From positions 1,794,551-1,858,550 of the forward strand of contig RHPI01001037.1 in the NCBI GenBank assembly GCA_009103225.1: a DNA stretch of 64,000 nt, read 5' to 3'. The position numbers and the translations under genes were made by a program. This document shows positions 46,670 through 60,130 of this stretch, in pieces; positions within the stretch are counted from its first letter, which is position 1; every line of letters begins with the position of its first letter. The stretch is from Chlorokybus atmophyticus (Eukaryota; Plantae; Mesostigma and Chlorokybus algae). The notes beneath the pieces are model-generated. The model was given only the letters and a program-made list of their open reading frames with translations. It was not told where the DNA came from and searched no databases.

Positions 46670-47420
46670 TGCTAACGCCCGCCCGCCCTGCCCGCCCGAG
46701 CTGCTGGTGCAGGTCATGCTCCAGATGGGCAGCCCGCGGGACGTGACGGCGCTGTGACACGTGCATGTAGCGGGGGCCACAAGGTGTGCTGGCGGGTCGC
46801 CCTCTCAATAACGACTTGACTCGACTTCCCTCCAGAGGGCCCCATGGTTGGTAAGTAGTAGTGACAAGCATTGCCTTGCTCTTGCTGCTTGGAACCTGTG
46901 TCCACCACCAGTCAACCGAGTTAGGCTAGTGGGGGGTCACTGCGCTATGCTTCATCTTGCCGTTCTGAATGCAATGCGTGTCATACACGCCAATGCCTGC
47001 AGCTGTCTGCTGCGCTACTGCCTGCCTGTATGCGTGTGTATGCGTCGATGCAACACCATATAGTATATTGCAACTCGTCTTGTGCCTTTTGCAAGAACCT
47101 CTCTCAGGGTGGTCTGCCTGGTCGTCAAAGTCACACAATGGCTGTGTGTTTTATGTGCAGTGCATGACGGTTCATGTGCACGATCAGAAAGGCAAAGTGG
47201 CGACTTCTTCCGAAGAAAGCCTGAGACTGGTTTGGCGAGGCGGATCATTGAAAACTCCTGGCGCGTGAGTGAGCATGGAAACGGGTACTTTGACTTTTGG
47301 ATAGGTAGTACACTCGTGTCGTGTACTAGTCACGCTTTTCCGCACTACTGCTTCTGGAGGAACGGCCCTCAATGGACATGGGTGTCACGTCCTGACGGCA
47401 TTATTTTCATGCGTCTTTGA
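46670..47420 (+). pseudogene. Possible F-box gene remnant
   Basis: PPCPPELLVQVMLQMGSPRDVTAL followed by a stop/frameshift into TRACSGGHKVCWRVAL; downstream exon-like SWRVSEHGNGYFDFWIG. Confidence 0.3.
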
Positions 47421-48080
47421 ATATCAATGAACACACGCACCATACTTCTAGTTAAGCAGAAGTGACAACAGCTTCTAGCCTGCGCGCTGAGACAGCTGGC
47501 GCAGGCTCTGTCGGTGATGGAGCCGTGACAGCCGAATGTGGTGGTGTGGGCATGCATGTGAGTACGGGTTTAGGACTGCATAGCGGTGTGGGTGCGCGGC
47601 GACGCTGTAGCTAAGTGGGGTTGTGGATGTCGTGCAATGGTGAAACGTGTGCATATTGGCTGTGCTGGGTGACATTGGAACGTTCGCACATCATCATTAC
47701 CACGTACACGTGTACATTGCAGTGTAACTCCCAGTTGACAAGTGCATGCATAGCCGTGGGATGCCACCTGTTTGTTATGGTTGTTGCCTCGCGTAGCATG
47801 GGAGTGCCGCAGCATCAGTCAGCAACTTGGCCACTTGCATGTTGCTTTGCGGCATAGATGAGCAATGTCGATGACATGCCTAACACTTTTCTCAATCAAA
47901 CATACACGTGTCAAAAGAGGTCGCTCACAAATCTGTGAAGTTGAATACCATACTTTATGGTATCGCGCATTGGCATTGCATAGGACCAGTACCGTCTTTA
48001 TGAGTGGAAGTCGTAATATGAGTCTTGAACATTAGCGAGCCTGCACGCCGTATCACCAACATTGTGTCACACCCTCGCGA

Positions 48081-50627
48081 CTACAGGCAGCAGTGCACCA
48101 ACGTTGCATTGCATGTCAACGAGCATCCCACACCACTGCAAAGCATGCAGTGCGCCCACAGATTCCTCTCCTTTTTCCCAACCATCTCAATGTAATGTTG
48201 CAGACCGCACAGCGCCGTGGCCTGCTCATCATGACCGAGTCCCCGCCCCGCCTCCACAATTGCCCTCGTGCTGGAAACGACTTGCTCAGGCGCACACGGA
48301 CGGGAAACATCATCGCGCACGCAATCAACAGAAGGTGGCGTGACGGACTTGAGCGTGGGTGTGCAACACAACAGCTGCCCCGACTTCCTGCTCATGAGGG
48401 TGAGGCGGACGCCTGCGCTTGCGACAGTGTTGTTGGTGCAGTGCTGTGGACTTGGGAACAGCGGTGGTGTCATATGCTCGGGTGCTGGTTTGTTGTTTGG
48501 TGTGTGTGAGCGATTCCGGCGCTTCTCCCATCTCTTCTTCACGTCTGGTTGGGGCTCTACACGCATACATGTGGTGGGCACACATCGTTGCCGACTTACT
48601 GTTACGGCATGATGGCTGCCCAACACCTTCTTGCAGACACATGTATGCACCTACTCACAAGCACAAGCATTTGCAACCAACACACCTGCAGCTAGCGGTA
48701 GCAGTCTCGAGGAGAAGGTGACAATGAGTCCGCAGCATGCATACGCAATGTCGGCAGCCCCGGACTCAGCAGCGGGGGCCTGTCGCACCCAATGTCCACA
48801 TCCTCACACATTTTGTCTCCTTGTGCTCTCCTTCCCCTTTCTCCCCTCTCTCTTTGTTCTCCTCCTGCCCCATGACAGCCCCCTCCCCTTCTTTGTAAGA
48901 GTTTTACATCTGGCGTCACGCCGTGCGGAAGGGTGGAGAGGTTATTCATGATGGGGAGGAGAGAGTGGAGGTGAGGCAGTCTTCTACGCTATTGTTTGTG
49001 CCACTGTTGCTGTCTCTGATGTTGTGGTTGTGTCTCTCTCTCTGGCTTCTTCACTTGGATGGAGGCGTTGAGATGTTGGCCACCGCTTTCGTTGGTTGCT
49101 TGGGTGGCCGGCCCTGTGCGCGCGCTCTTGGCAATATCATCCTTTTACCTTTCTTTGAATGTGAATTTACTTATGATGGCCACCCAGTATTGTGTCACTT
49201 GCTCTCCAATGCCCCAACCCTCTCGACCAACATGCCCACCACACCGCCATCGCATGCGCATGAGCAAATGCGCGGGTTGCTTAAGATTGGCGGGAGGGGG
49301 AAGAGATGGGGGAGGGGTGACGGGACCAAGGCAGTGGCTTCAAGCATACACAATGAGAGCAATCCGCAATGTACATGAAAGCACACGCACGCACGCACGC
49401 ATGCACGCACGCGCACACGCACATGTCAGTTGTTGCAATGTTTGTCAATAACAAGCTACTTGCTTTTGCCCATCGTTTATGCCAGGGCACAGAAACATAC
49501 ACGCGCACGTACGCACGCACGCACATACGTGCACTCTCGCAGACCACATCACCAATCTTCAGCGCCAAGTTCACTAATGATGTAATAAGCATGCAAAAGT
49601 AGTTGAGGGTGCGCACGCAGGAGCCGCGCAGTAGAGGGTGCACACATGCCAACTTGCACATTGTATGCAAGGCTGTTTGAATGTACAAGGTTTATGTTTT
49701 ATAACCAAGTTATTACCTGTATGGCAGCATACACTTTACATGTTGTCGTTAGTATTATTAACAATGCAAATCTTTTCAATATATCGTTCCAATTGACAAA
49801 CGAAGTATGCAAAGGTGCATGTCCATATATGTGTGTGCATGTGCACAGCATGGCTACAATCTCTTCCATGTCGCACTTGCGTGTGGTGATTCATGCCTAT
49901 GCAAAAGTGCATGATTAGGATAATGAATACTAAAAACTGGCACCATTATCACATCCGCTCTTGTATGATAAGGGTTGATGTAGTTCGCTCAAATATAACA
50001 ACACATGTACACACATATGCACACATGACCTACTCGCACCGTAGACACTCCTCCCCTCCTCCTGGCATTCGCTGTCCGCCGCCTTTAGTGCTGCCGCCCT
50101 CTCCTCCTCCCCCTCCCCCTCCTCCTCTTCGTGCACCTTGCCGCCGCTGTCTTTACCTGCTTATTGCTGTTGTTGTCGTTGTGAACGCTCCCGTCGTAGA
50201 GAGCGGCGCCGGCGGCGGAGGTGGCGGCAGGCCGGAGAGGGTTGTTGGTGATGGCAAGGAGGACAACAACTACAACAACAGCAACGAAAACAGCATCATC
50301 AACAACAACGTTGTCACAGCAACAAGAGCTAGAGTCCAACAACAACAGCAGCAGCAGCAGCAGCAACAACAGCATCGATATGGAGAGTGGCGGCGAGGAT
50401 TGGGTAAGCGAAGAAGGTAGCTGTGGCGGCCGCACATATTGCCCATCGAGCAGACATTTGGTGAGGTGAGGAGGAGGGTGCTTGCGCGTGCACATCCATG
50501 TTTGATCTCGCTGTGAGTGGGCACGTACGCAAGTGTTGCAATGTGTTGCACTCATTGTTTTTTCGCACCTGTAAAACGCCTCGTCACTTGTAAACACGTA
50601 CTCATTCTTGTGTAAAACATTCTTCAT
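48081..50627 (-). CDS. Putative multi-exon gene of unknown function (exon chain not resolved)
   Basis: Candidate first exon MKNVLHKNEYVFTSDEAFY|GT; low-complexity middle; last exon-like VRLTLMSRKSGQLLCCTP...EAGRGLGHDEQATALCGLQHYIEMVG. Confidence 0.25.
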
Positions 50628-52186
50628 TTGTTGTTGCCTACTACACAACCATAAAATTAAACAAAATCCGCTCAAGACGTTTTTTGTTCGTTTGGGCTTT
50701 GCGACACAAGTAAGACCGAACAAGCACATAACAGCACATACGTAATAAATGTTAAAGATATAGCAAAATCATTATATGCATCGTTGTTGGTAGCTAATAA
50801 AGTACAGGTTATAGCACTGCTTCTGTGTACTACATTGCAAAATCAAAACAAAACACGCACGTTCATGTGCAAATATTAAACACAATATAAATTTAATAAA
50901 ATACTTTGAAGAACACTTTTTGAAATGTTATACTCGTCTAGTGTCTCAATACTATCCCAAATATTGTTCAGATTAATGTTCTTTCTTGCAAGATTGTGAA
51001 TATCGTGATGCAATAATCAATTGATGGAACATTGGAATGTGAGTAGAACATTGTTAGTAGGCCAAGTTAAGAGCATTATTGTGCTTGGTCTTGTTCTTTG
51101 TTCGTTCGTAGGTGCCAATACCCAGGTTCAAACCCAGCCCTATCGTTCAGCCTCTATCTGAGCTGTCTGTCGGTACAGCTGTAGTCATATTCTACTGCAA
51201 TACATGATCCCATTTGTAGCAAAGACACCAAGCAACTGTTGGCATGCGGCAGGCAGAGCCCGAGGGGTTGCCGCCTGCTATCCACTGCGTCCGGCAGTCC
51301 GATGTCTATCCGTCGACGGTGGCGTCATCGCAGCCTGACTATTGACGGTTGTCAACAGTCAGGTTGCGCTGACGATCATCGCGCGCAACCAGCGGCGCTG
51401 TGTAGCACGCTGTGATGATGTGATATGGGACTGTCGACACGCCCTGTGCTAACCGCAGATGCGATATCTCACAAACCGCGCGCTTCGCTACGGATTTGGA
51501 ACTGCCATAACGTCAACAGCCGTCGACTACAACCGTCTAAGTGGTCGGCGGAAACGCCCGAAGACCGCCGACAGAGAAAGGCCTCGCAACGGGGAAAATC
51601 TGCTTGCGTTGACGGCGACGCTCGCCACCACAAGTCCAGTCCAGACTGAACGCGCGGCATCATCAAGACCCTTCGGGCTCCCAGGCGAGGGGGGCATGTC
51701 CGTTTTAGCGAGTGCTGTCCAGCCGACAGTGGCACGGCTGTTGGCATCCAACGACCGGCAAGCCTTGGTTGTAGGCCCTTACAAACCGGCCTCGCAAACA
51801 AAGTGGCACCACATCCGGCCATGTAGATTTCGGTCATATGTTCAGATCGGACCGGCAATCGCTTGGCGGTCGAGCAATGCTGGCCACGAGCACGCCACGC
51901 GCATCAGTCGACACGTCAGAGTGGCGACCCGACACGTATTGATGCAGTTCCGCAGATATCGACGCTCTGGACCGCAAGTCGCCCCTTGTCGGCAGTAGAA
52001 GCACGGATATCTGCCGGATGCAAATAAACACCGCAATCAAACACTTGCCAGTTGTCGAGTATATTGTTGCATTGTGGTCCCGTTGTGTCACTGTGGTGTT
52101 AGTAGAGTGTGTCTGTGCAACGTAAGTGGTCGTTGTTGGCGCTGAGTGTGGTCTGCTTGTGTGTGGCGGTCGAGCTCATCCTTATC

Positions 52187-53561
52187 ATGGCTGGCCAAAT
52201 GGACATAGTCATGAGGCGCTGTGTGCTGCGTCTGCTGCTTGCGGCCTTCCTGCTTGGAGAACTTCTGCCGCTTGCTGCTGCCTACGCCACTAAAAGGTGC
52301 TGTACACTATGCTGTGTTTGCGTGTGTCCTCAGGGAACCTGTAATTTGCATGGTCATTGCATGCTGGCAGCAAACATATGAGAGTGTGATACATGCAGTT
52401 TGAACCCTCACGCTGTGCAACAATTGCCTTGCTATCCTGTGCATGCGATGTCACACCCACATGCACTGATCCATTTGCTCCCATATGTGCGCACACAATG
52501 ACTGACAACCTTTCTGTCCGCAGAACATTGCTAGCCTCTGGTGGCAGCGGCGATGCCGGCAGCGGCGGCGGCGGCGGCGGTGGCGGTGATGGTGGCGGCG
52601 GCGGTGATGGCGGCGGCGGAAGCGATGGGGAAAACGTGGCGTGGAAGAAGGCTCACGGCAGCCTTGGTTTCCTCGCTTTTGGTGTGTTCTTCCCGCTTGG
52701 CGCCATGGCTGCTCGCTACCTCAGACGCAAGGACCCCACGTGGTTCATTGCCCACGCTGCCTTCCAGATCACAGGCCTCGCCTTCCTCCTCGCCACCTTT
52801 GTCATTGCTGTCACACGCAAGGAGCTGAAGGTGTGTGCGCTGAGCCTTCAGCATTCTGCTTTGCTCTGGACTCGCATCCAGCTTTTCACTGTGTAGTCCT
52901 CACTGTGTGTGCGCACTTATGCACATACACTCACACTCTCTCTCACACAGGACGCTTGGGACATTGCCCATGCAAGGCTTGCGTTGGCTGTCTTCATCTT
53001 GACTTGGTTCCAGCCGATGGGCGGGCTCTTGCGGCCAAAGGCAAACTCCAAGTGAGTCCAATTGACAGGCATCAATAGTACCCTGTGCCGCGGTTTCAGG
53101 ACGTGACAAGTTTTCTCTGTCTGCTGCAGGTATAGGTGGATGTTCAACAAGGTGCACCACTTCCTGGGCTTCGCCGCGCTCGTCATGGGCATTGTGGTGC
53201 TGTTCCTTGGTCTGGGCGCCTATGCAGCGACTGAGTCAGTCAGCGTCAAAGTAAGTTGTATCAAAAACCTCACCCGTGATCACTCACACCCCCACCCACC
53301 ACACTTACCCACCCACTTGTGCAGGTGGAGTACATACTTCTGACTGTCTGGTTTGGCCTTCTCCTCGGTCTCGCCATCCTTCTTGAGTTCTATATGGAGG
53401 CCAAGTACCCAGGCTCAACAACCTTCCGGCCCGAGCTTGAGCCCGGCCGCAGCGCCTACGGGCTAAAGAGAGTGGGAGTAGCACCCGCGGGAATCTCTGA
53501 TGTTGAAGCCAACAGTTATGGGGCTTACCGTGCTGAGACAGTGCCAGCTGGACCCAAGTGA
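52187..53561 (+). CDS. Cytochrome b561 domain protein (FRRS1/CYBDOM-type b561) with signal peptide and Gly-rich linker
   Basis: Four heme-ligand His in typical contexts: KKAHGSLGFLAFGVFFPLG, WFIAHAAFQ, IAHARLALAV, FNKVHHFLG; further TM helix; GT-AG introns. Confidence 0.85.
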
Positions 53562-54566
53562 AGTGGCAGAGTGTGCGCGTGTATAGTAGTTGGAATGCTG
53601 GTGGTGCAGGATTGGAAAGATGTTGGGAGCTGAGGCTTTGCACCGTTGGTTGTTTAGCAGAGTAAGCATTTATGCGGCAATATTAAATGCCGTGTTGAGG
53701 TTACCCCCTGGAACATACCCCCCCCTTGGATATTGGCGTTGCATTGGTAGGTATTTTGGTATAGTAACTGAATTGCTCGCTATTGGCAGAGTGCTTGGAA
53801 TGAACAACTTGGGACCATGAGAATCTGCTGGTAGGGTGATGTGGTGTGATGTGACAGTCCAGGCTGGTGTGCTTACGTATAGTCAAGTCTATATACATAT
53901 TTACGTTGTATCTGTACATGTCATACCTGTGCATGAAGTACTCTGTCATACATAACATAGCTACATGCGTATTCCGTCACAGCTCTGCACAGCCACATGC
54001 ACCAGCGGCATCCATCCACAGTCACAACACTATAACCACCAGACTGGATGCTCTCTCTACTAACGTGTCTACCCGTAGCATACACAGCCCCTTAAACTGT
54101 TCAGCAGCACCACTGCAATACCTGTACACAAGGCACATAATATCAGTCTTGCAGCTCCCAGCTTAGCATCCACAGCAGCCCAAAGATTACATCCCCCACC
54201 TCTCCCTCCTCCCTCTCCGCCACCATCCTCTCGTTCACTCTGTCCCAATCCCTATTCGCCACCCTGCTTGCGCACAAATACTGCGTTGATGACAAAAATT
54301 GCACGAAGGTAGAAAGTTAGAATCACTGTCTTGGTCGCTGCAACCATTGACAATAGCTTCCGAATCAATCCAACATGCTAGCAACAAGCCAATGCTCTAC
54401 TGAGGTGTATTCAATGACCTTACTCATCAGTATACTCATTGCGCGATAAAGGGATTCTGCCTTTGGGCACATCACCAGCAGCAACACACCACTCACACAC
54501 ACATGCAGTCCATACCTACCTGCACGACATATGTACACTAACTGCACTGACCAACCTGCCGATGTG

Positions 54567-56137
54567 CTACGATGGTTGGTGTAGGTTGGCCATGAACGAA
54601 TTGTATGAAGACTCGAGATCAAACATGAGCTGGCGCGCTTGGGCGTCCGTGAGCTCATCTGAGGCTTGCATCTTGTTCATCTGGACGAGCCAAGCCTTGC
54701 ACTTCTCCTTGCCCTCGAAGTCAGGCGGCAGCTGAGGTAGCTTGTGCATGGACTGAAGGATGTCCGACACGTAAGGGTACAGCTGGTCAACAGCCACCTG
54801 ACCCAGCTTCACCGAGTCCATCGCCGTGATGAAGTGCTGCACACAAACAACGAAGCACACCCGCAGTGAGTACCCTGTGTGCGTGCGCACATGTGTTTGT
54901 GATGCGGTTGCTGACCTGCACTGTCTCTGCCACGACGCGGCTGGAGCCAGAGTCGTCTCGTTTGGGTTTGCCGAACTCCACCGTTGCCGGTATGCCTGTA
55001 AGTCAAGGTAAGCCAAGCCTTAGGCGGTGAACGATGAGCACAAACGTGTCCGATCAACAACTTGACATTGACACTGCTCACACGCACACGCACACGCAAG
55101 CACGCGGGCAGGCACACGCAAATAATGCTGCTTGTGCGCACATACGCATAAACAAACGCGCACACGCGCATGCGCACACGCACACACATGCAACCGAAAC
55201 GAGCAAGATCTATGTTTGATGTCATGCCTGAGTGGAGGAGGCGTGTGAGGGCGGCGGGGCAGTCAAGCTTGTAGGTGGCGGCGAAACGCTCGACGTCCGG
55301 GACGGTGTCCTTCAGCGAGCTCTTCAGCGTCTTGAACTGAGCAATCAGCTTCAGGCACGCCGGCTCGTACTCCGCTGTGTGGAAAATAAGGAGAATAACA
55401 CAGTGAGACAGAATGAGTCGTCAGCAGAGGCTCAAGCAAGCCTTGCATACGCCAAACATGTCACAACCTGTTGCAAGCCCATACAACACTCTGTGCATGC
55501 ACACTCGCATGTGCGTTACGCACACTTACATGCACACTTACATGCACACACAATATCAACGGTGCACGCAAAGGCAGAGTAATAGCAGGTTGGAACAACA
55601 ATCAAACCCACAACCCTCAACCTGGCGTGACGGCGTCCCGCACGTAAGCCTTCTCCAGCTTCTCCGTGGTTTTGATGATGGCGTAAAGGTCCGCAAAGCT
55701 CTCGTACATCTCACGCTCCTGTTCGCAAGTGCACGCAAAACTGTTGGCAAGCGCCCTCTAACCCAGAGCATTGAGTGCACGAACAACTGAAGCCTCGCAG
55801 TTTAGTAACAACTTCAGACACAACAGGCACACAAACAAAAAAGAGATGAGCGTGAAACAATGAAGGTAAAATTAAGTACACAGACACCAACAAGCAGCAG
55901 AGTATGATGGAGAGTCATACCACCAGACTGAGTAAGCCAAAAAACGCACGAGTGAGTGTGAAGCAAACACTTGACAGAGTTGTTGAGCTGAGCTGAGCTG
56001 AGCTGCATGCTGCACGGCAATATGCGATTCCTTCAACACAATAACATGCTTGTTGACGCCATAGTCGTCATCACCTTTTTGTCATTCCACAGCCGCACTT
56101 CCCGTCCCTCTCCGCCGCTCATGGCTGACGCAGCCAT
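54567..56137 (-). CDS. VPS28: ESCRT-I subunit VPS28, multi-exon
   Basis: MAASAMSGGEGREVRLWNDKK|EREMYESFADLYAIIKTTEKLEKAYVRD...LIAQFKTL...HFITAMDSVKL...VDQLYP...RQLMFDLESSYNSF. Confidence 0.95.
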
Positions 56138-56361
56138 GAGACGGACGACAAGGAGGGATAGCTTTTACACCAGCAGCAGGAGCAATAACAGCTGCAATAA
56201 GGATGACAAGGACGACAACCACAACCACAACCGCCGCCTCCGCCTCCTCCGCCCTAAGCTGCAACTGCTGCTCAAGCTATCAGCCAGTTGCCACGTGTCG
56301 CTTGAGTAAGTAACCAGCTGCAGGCGGCAGCGGCGGCGGTGGTTGTAGAGTTCTGGTCGAC

Positions 56362-59300
56362 ATGGGCGGCGAAGGAGGCGGAGGCGGAGGCGAAGCCGGA
56401 GAAGGTGGTCCAGCAGGAGGAGGAGAAGCAGGCGCGCAACCACAACCTCCGCAATTACATCCTCCTGAGGAACAGCAGCAGGCGGCGGCGGTGGCGGAAA
56501 GCGTGTACCGGTTGAAGCGCGTGGATTTTCTGGGCCAGCCTGTGAGAATCGTGTTGCAGAACGACAACGGCCCATGCCCCCTCATCGCCATAAGTGAGTC
56601 AAAAACAGACAAAACAGACAAAGCCACTGCGGTCACACAATTCACACGGTTGCTGTTGCACTCTTGACAAGTCTGTGTCCGGTGCATGCAAAGCGCACTT
56701 GTTATTTTTGCGGTTTTGGTCTGTGTCTGAGAGTTTTGGTGTTGATGACTCTTTGAGTGTGTTCGTTCCAATTGGTGCGACGTTGTCGTGTGCACTGTTA
56801 GCGCAATCCATTGCGTTTCAACGCCAGGGCTGTGGGTGTGGTTGAGAGTTTGTGTGCGTAACTCACAAAGAACAGCATGCATGTTGGTACTCATGCATGC
56901 ACAATGTGGGCATGTTGAGTAACGGCGCATTGCCTGCTTTTGAAAGCAACCTGAAACAACTTGTTGGAAATGAAGTATAAATGGTGACTTTATGTCAGCG
57001 CTTGAACAGAAAGTGAAACACATGTTGGGTGGTTTCTCGGGCACGCAGGCAACGTGCTTCTGCTGCGGGGGCAAATATCCGTCCCGTTGGACCGCACGGA
57101 GATTTACGAGTCCAGCCTTTTGTCGCTTGTTGTTGAGCGCGTCTTCGATGCCAACACCAGCCAAAAGGTCTGTATGTGTCCCACTGTGGGCGTGTAGCCT
57201 CATTCATACACAAGTATGTCATTGACAACGAGTGAGCCTTCACTTGTTCCAAAAGCAAGCTTGCGTGAGCTACTGTTGTGGTGGTGTGGAGTGGCTGTTG
57301 TTATAATGAATGGTGGCGGTGGTGTTGTTATCCAGGATGATGTGCTGGAGGCAAACCAGCGGCAGAACATTGCGGACGCCATCTCACTTTTGCCGAAGCT
57401 CACAACTGGCGTTGACGTGAACGTGCGGTTCCAACGGTATGATAGTTGTGGTGTTGAAACATTGTGTTGCCCATGTGGGCTGTTGCTGCATGCTGCGATC
57501 TTACAGGTTGTTTTGCATTGTTGCACAGAATAAATGACTTTGAATTCACGCCCGAAGTTGCCATCTTCGACCTGCTGAATATCAGCCTAGTGCACGGCTG
57601 GCTCGTGGACCCGCAGGTGAGCTGAGCAGTTGGTCATCTGATCAATGTTAGTGATGTTGGGGGCAAGGTGGGGTTTGCGACTTGTTAGTGTGTGCGTGTG
57701 CGTGTGCGTGTGTGTGCTGAGAACAATAAAGCTGCTACGCTGTTCATTGTTAGCAACCACTTATGCCACAGGATCAAGAGACTGCCAGCATCATTGGCAA
57801 CAGTTCTTACAACAACCTGGTGGAGAAGCTGGTGGCTGCGGCCGCTGCGGTGGAGGCGCAGCCATCGGCAGGCCACACCACCGCACGTGCGGGTGTCGAG
57901 CCTATAAAGCACATCCCGGCCCAGTTCGCGGACACAACAACTGCGGGCGAGCAAGTCTTGACCGCCGCTGCTGAACCGATCGTGGCTGAAGCTGATGCAT
58001 TCAGCGATGTGTCTGCCCAACTCACCAAACTGCAGGTAAGCTGCGGACCACTTGTCAGTACTGGTTGTTCTTGTCGGCCTTTGTCTTTTCATGTTGTGTT
58101 CGGCATGGGTCGTGAGTGGTTGTTGTGTTGCTGGCAGGCGTCGACAGCGGCAAAGCTGCCAGCACCGTCGATAGTGGACGCGTCGCCGGCCACAACAGCA
58201 ACGGATGATGAGGCCACACAACCAGCAACCCAACAGACAACACAGCCTGAAGCCACGCCAGCAGCATTGGAGAGCCCAAGTGGTGATAATGCCACTCAGG
58301 CGCCAGAGGAGACCAAACAACCGGAGTCAGGGGCACACGCAGGAGAAGAGAGTGCACATGTTGATGCTGATGCCACTCCTGCAGCACCTCAGCTACAAGA
58401 GGAAAAGAGGGTTGAGTTGACTTCGAGTGAACACACACAGTCGAGTGGGGTGGATGTGGCAGAGCCCGAGTTTGGCACCGACCTAGCACCCACAGGTTGG
58501 TGGTCATGTCACGGTGGGTTGTTTGCCAGGTGTTGACTTCGTGGCGTGCAGAGATGTTGGAGCCGACCCCGGTCACGTCATCATCAACGCGCAGGCTCTC
58601 GGGAATGCAGCTGCAGGAGATGACGGATCTGCTTCGCTCAGCCTCCCTGCGCAGCGAGGGCAGCTCCATGGTCACTGAGCTGCATGAAGGTACACGCCCG
58701 CATCAATACACGCCCACTGACACCAATGCGCGCGCATGCAATCCCGCACCGGCATGCGTGCATTAGTGGTTTTGCGCGCGCGCACATGAACGCACACACA
58801 TGCCCCTCGCGCACATGCACATGTGCACGCACGCGCTTGTGCGATGCCACTGATATTGCGCTATCTGCAGCTCTGGTTGTGGAAAACTTCCTGTCATTAA
58901 CAGCAAGCCAGCTGACATATCATGGGTAAGCTTGCTGGAGCTTGCTGGAACTCCATCAGCCTGTCATCAAGTGCAATCGCGCTGACCGTGACTTTGTGGT
59001 TATTACATGTCAGGCTTGTGTCGCTTTATGAGGGACTGAAGGAGCGGGAGTTGTGCGTCTTTTTCAGAAACAACCACTTCAATACAATATTCAAGAATGC
59101 AGACAACCTGTACCTGCTCGTTACCGACCAGGGTTACTTGAATGAGCAAGAACTGGTCTGGGAGCGTCTTAGCGAGGTACATCTTGTTTGACAGTCTGCC
59201 ACAATATGGATGTGAGCGCGAGGGCGTGTATGCATGCGTGTGCGTGTGGGTGTCTGCGTACTACATGATGAGTGCGTTGCTGTGCAGGTTGACAATGACA

Positions 59301-59764
59301 CTCAGTTTTGTACGAGCGCATTCGGACCGTATCGTCCTGATGTTGAGCTTGACGCAGCCACAACTGCCTCTGTAAGTATACCTGCTGCATGATTACGGCA
59401 ACACACAAGCAAAGAAAGCAGTGTGCAATGGCTTATGAGACATAATCTTTGTACAGATTCTGGAGGCAGAACAATGTGGTGGCACAGGCAACGATGGTGA
59501 TGTGTTCGATGCCGATTATCAACTTGCATTGCAGGTACCCATCACATGCATGCATGCACGCTTGTATGCATCCACATGCACCCACAAGAGTTCCTGCTGC
59601 TCATGCTCGTGCTGCTCAATATGTTGGCAACCGTGTGGCAGTTGCAACAGCAGGAGATTGCGCACGGCCAGCAACAGCAGCAGGCACAGCAACAACAGCA
59701 GCGCCAACAACAGCAGCAACAGGAAGTCCAACAACAACAACAGTCTGTCCAAGCCGGGAGGGCA

Positions 59765-59796
<32 letters not shown>

Positions 59797-59926
59797 GCAA
59801 AAGCCCACGGCGCAAGCACCACAGCAACGGCGTGCCGAGTCCTCGTCCTCCTCACCATTCTCCTCACTCTTCAGCAAGTCCTCCAAAAAGGGCGGAAGCA
59901 GCAAGAGTGATTGTACATTGATGTGA
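56362..59926 (+). CDS. MINDY1: MINDY-1/2 family (FAM63/DUF544) deubiquitinase with Gln-rich tail and C-terminal CaaX
   Basis: Catalytic Cys motif QNDNGPCPLIAI; LPKLTTGVDVNVRF; FDLLNISLVHGWLVDPQ; catalytic His FFRNNHFNTI; LVTDQGYL...VWERL; ends SDCTLM*. Confidence 0.93.
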
Positions 59927-60130
59927 CCGACCTCTATCACTCTCTCCTGCCCACACTGTGCATAGCTAGCATGCATTCATGTTGCAGACATTGCGTGTGT
60001 GCGTGTTGCAAGTTACAATATTGGTTGTGTAAGTAATCCATTGCTCCCTCTCTGCGCTCAATCTCTCTTTTTCCTCACAAGCAGTGTGCCTATGTACAAT
60101 GTGGTAGTGTTGTTTGCCTCAGCGCAGTTT

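Noticed and set aside
51125-51135. GGTTCAAACCC, a tRNA/SINE B-box-like motif
   Set aside because: No A-box at the right distance and no T-stem or cloverleaf.
59502-59976. Poly-Cys, poly-Leu and poly-Ser ORFs
   Set aside because: Alternative frames of the CAG/CAA-rich exon encoding the MINDY Gln-rich tail.
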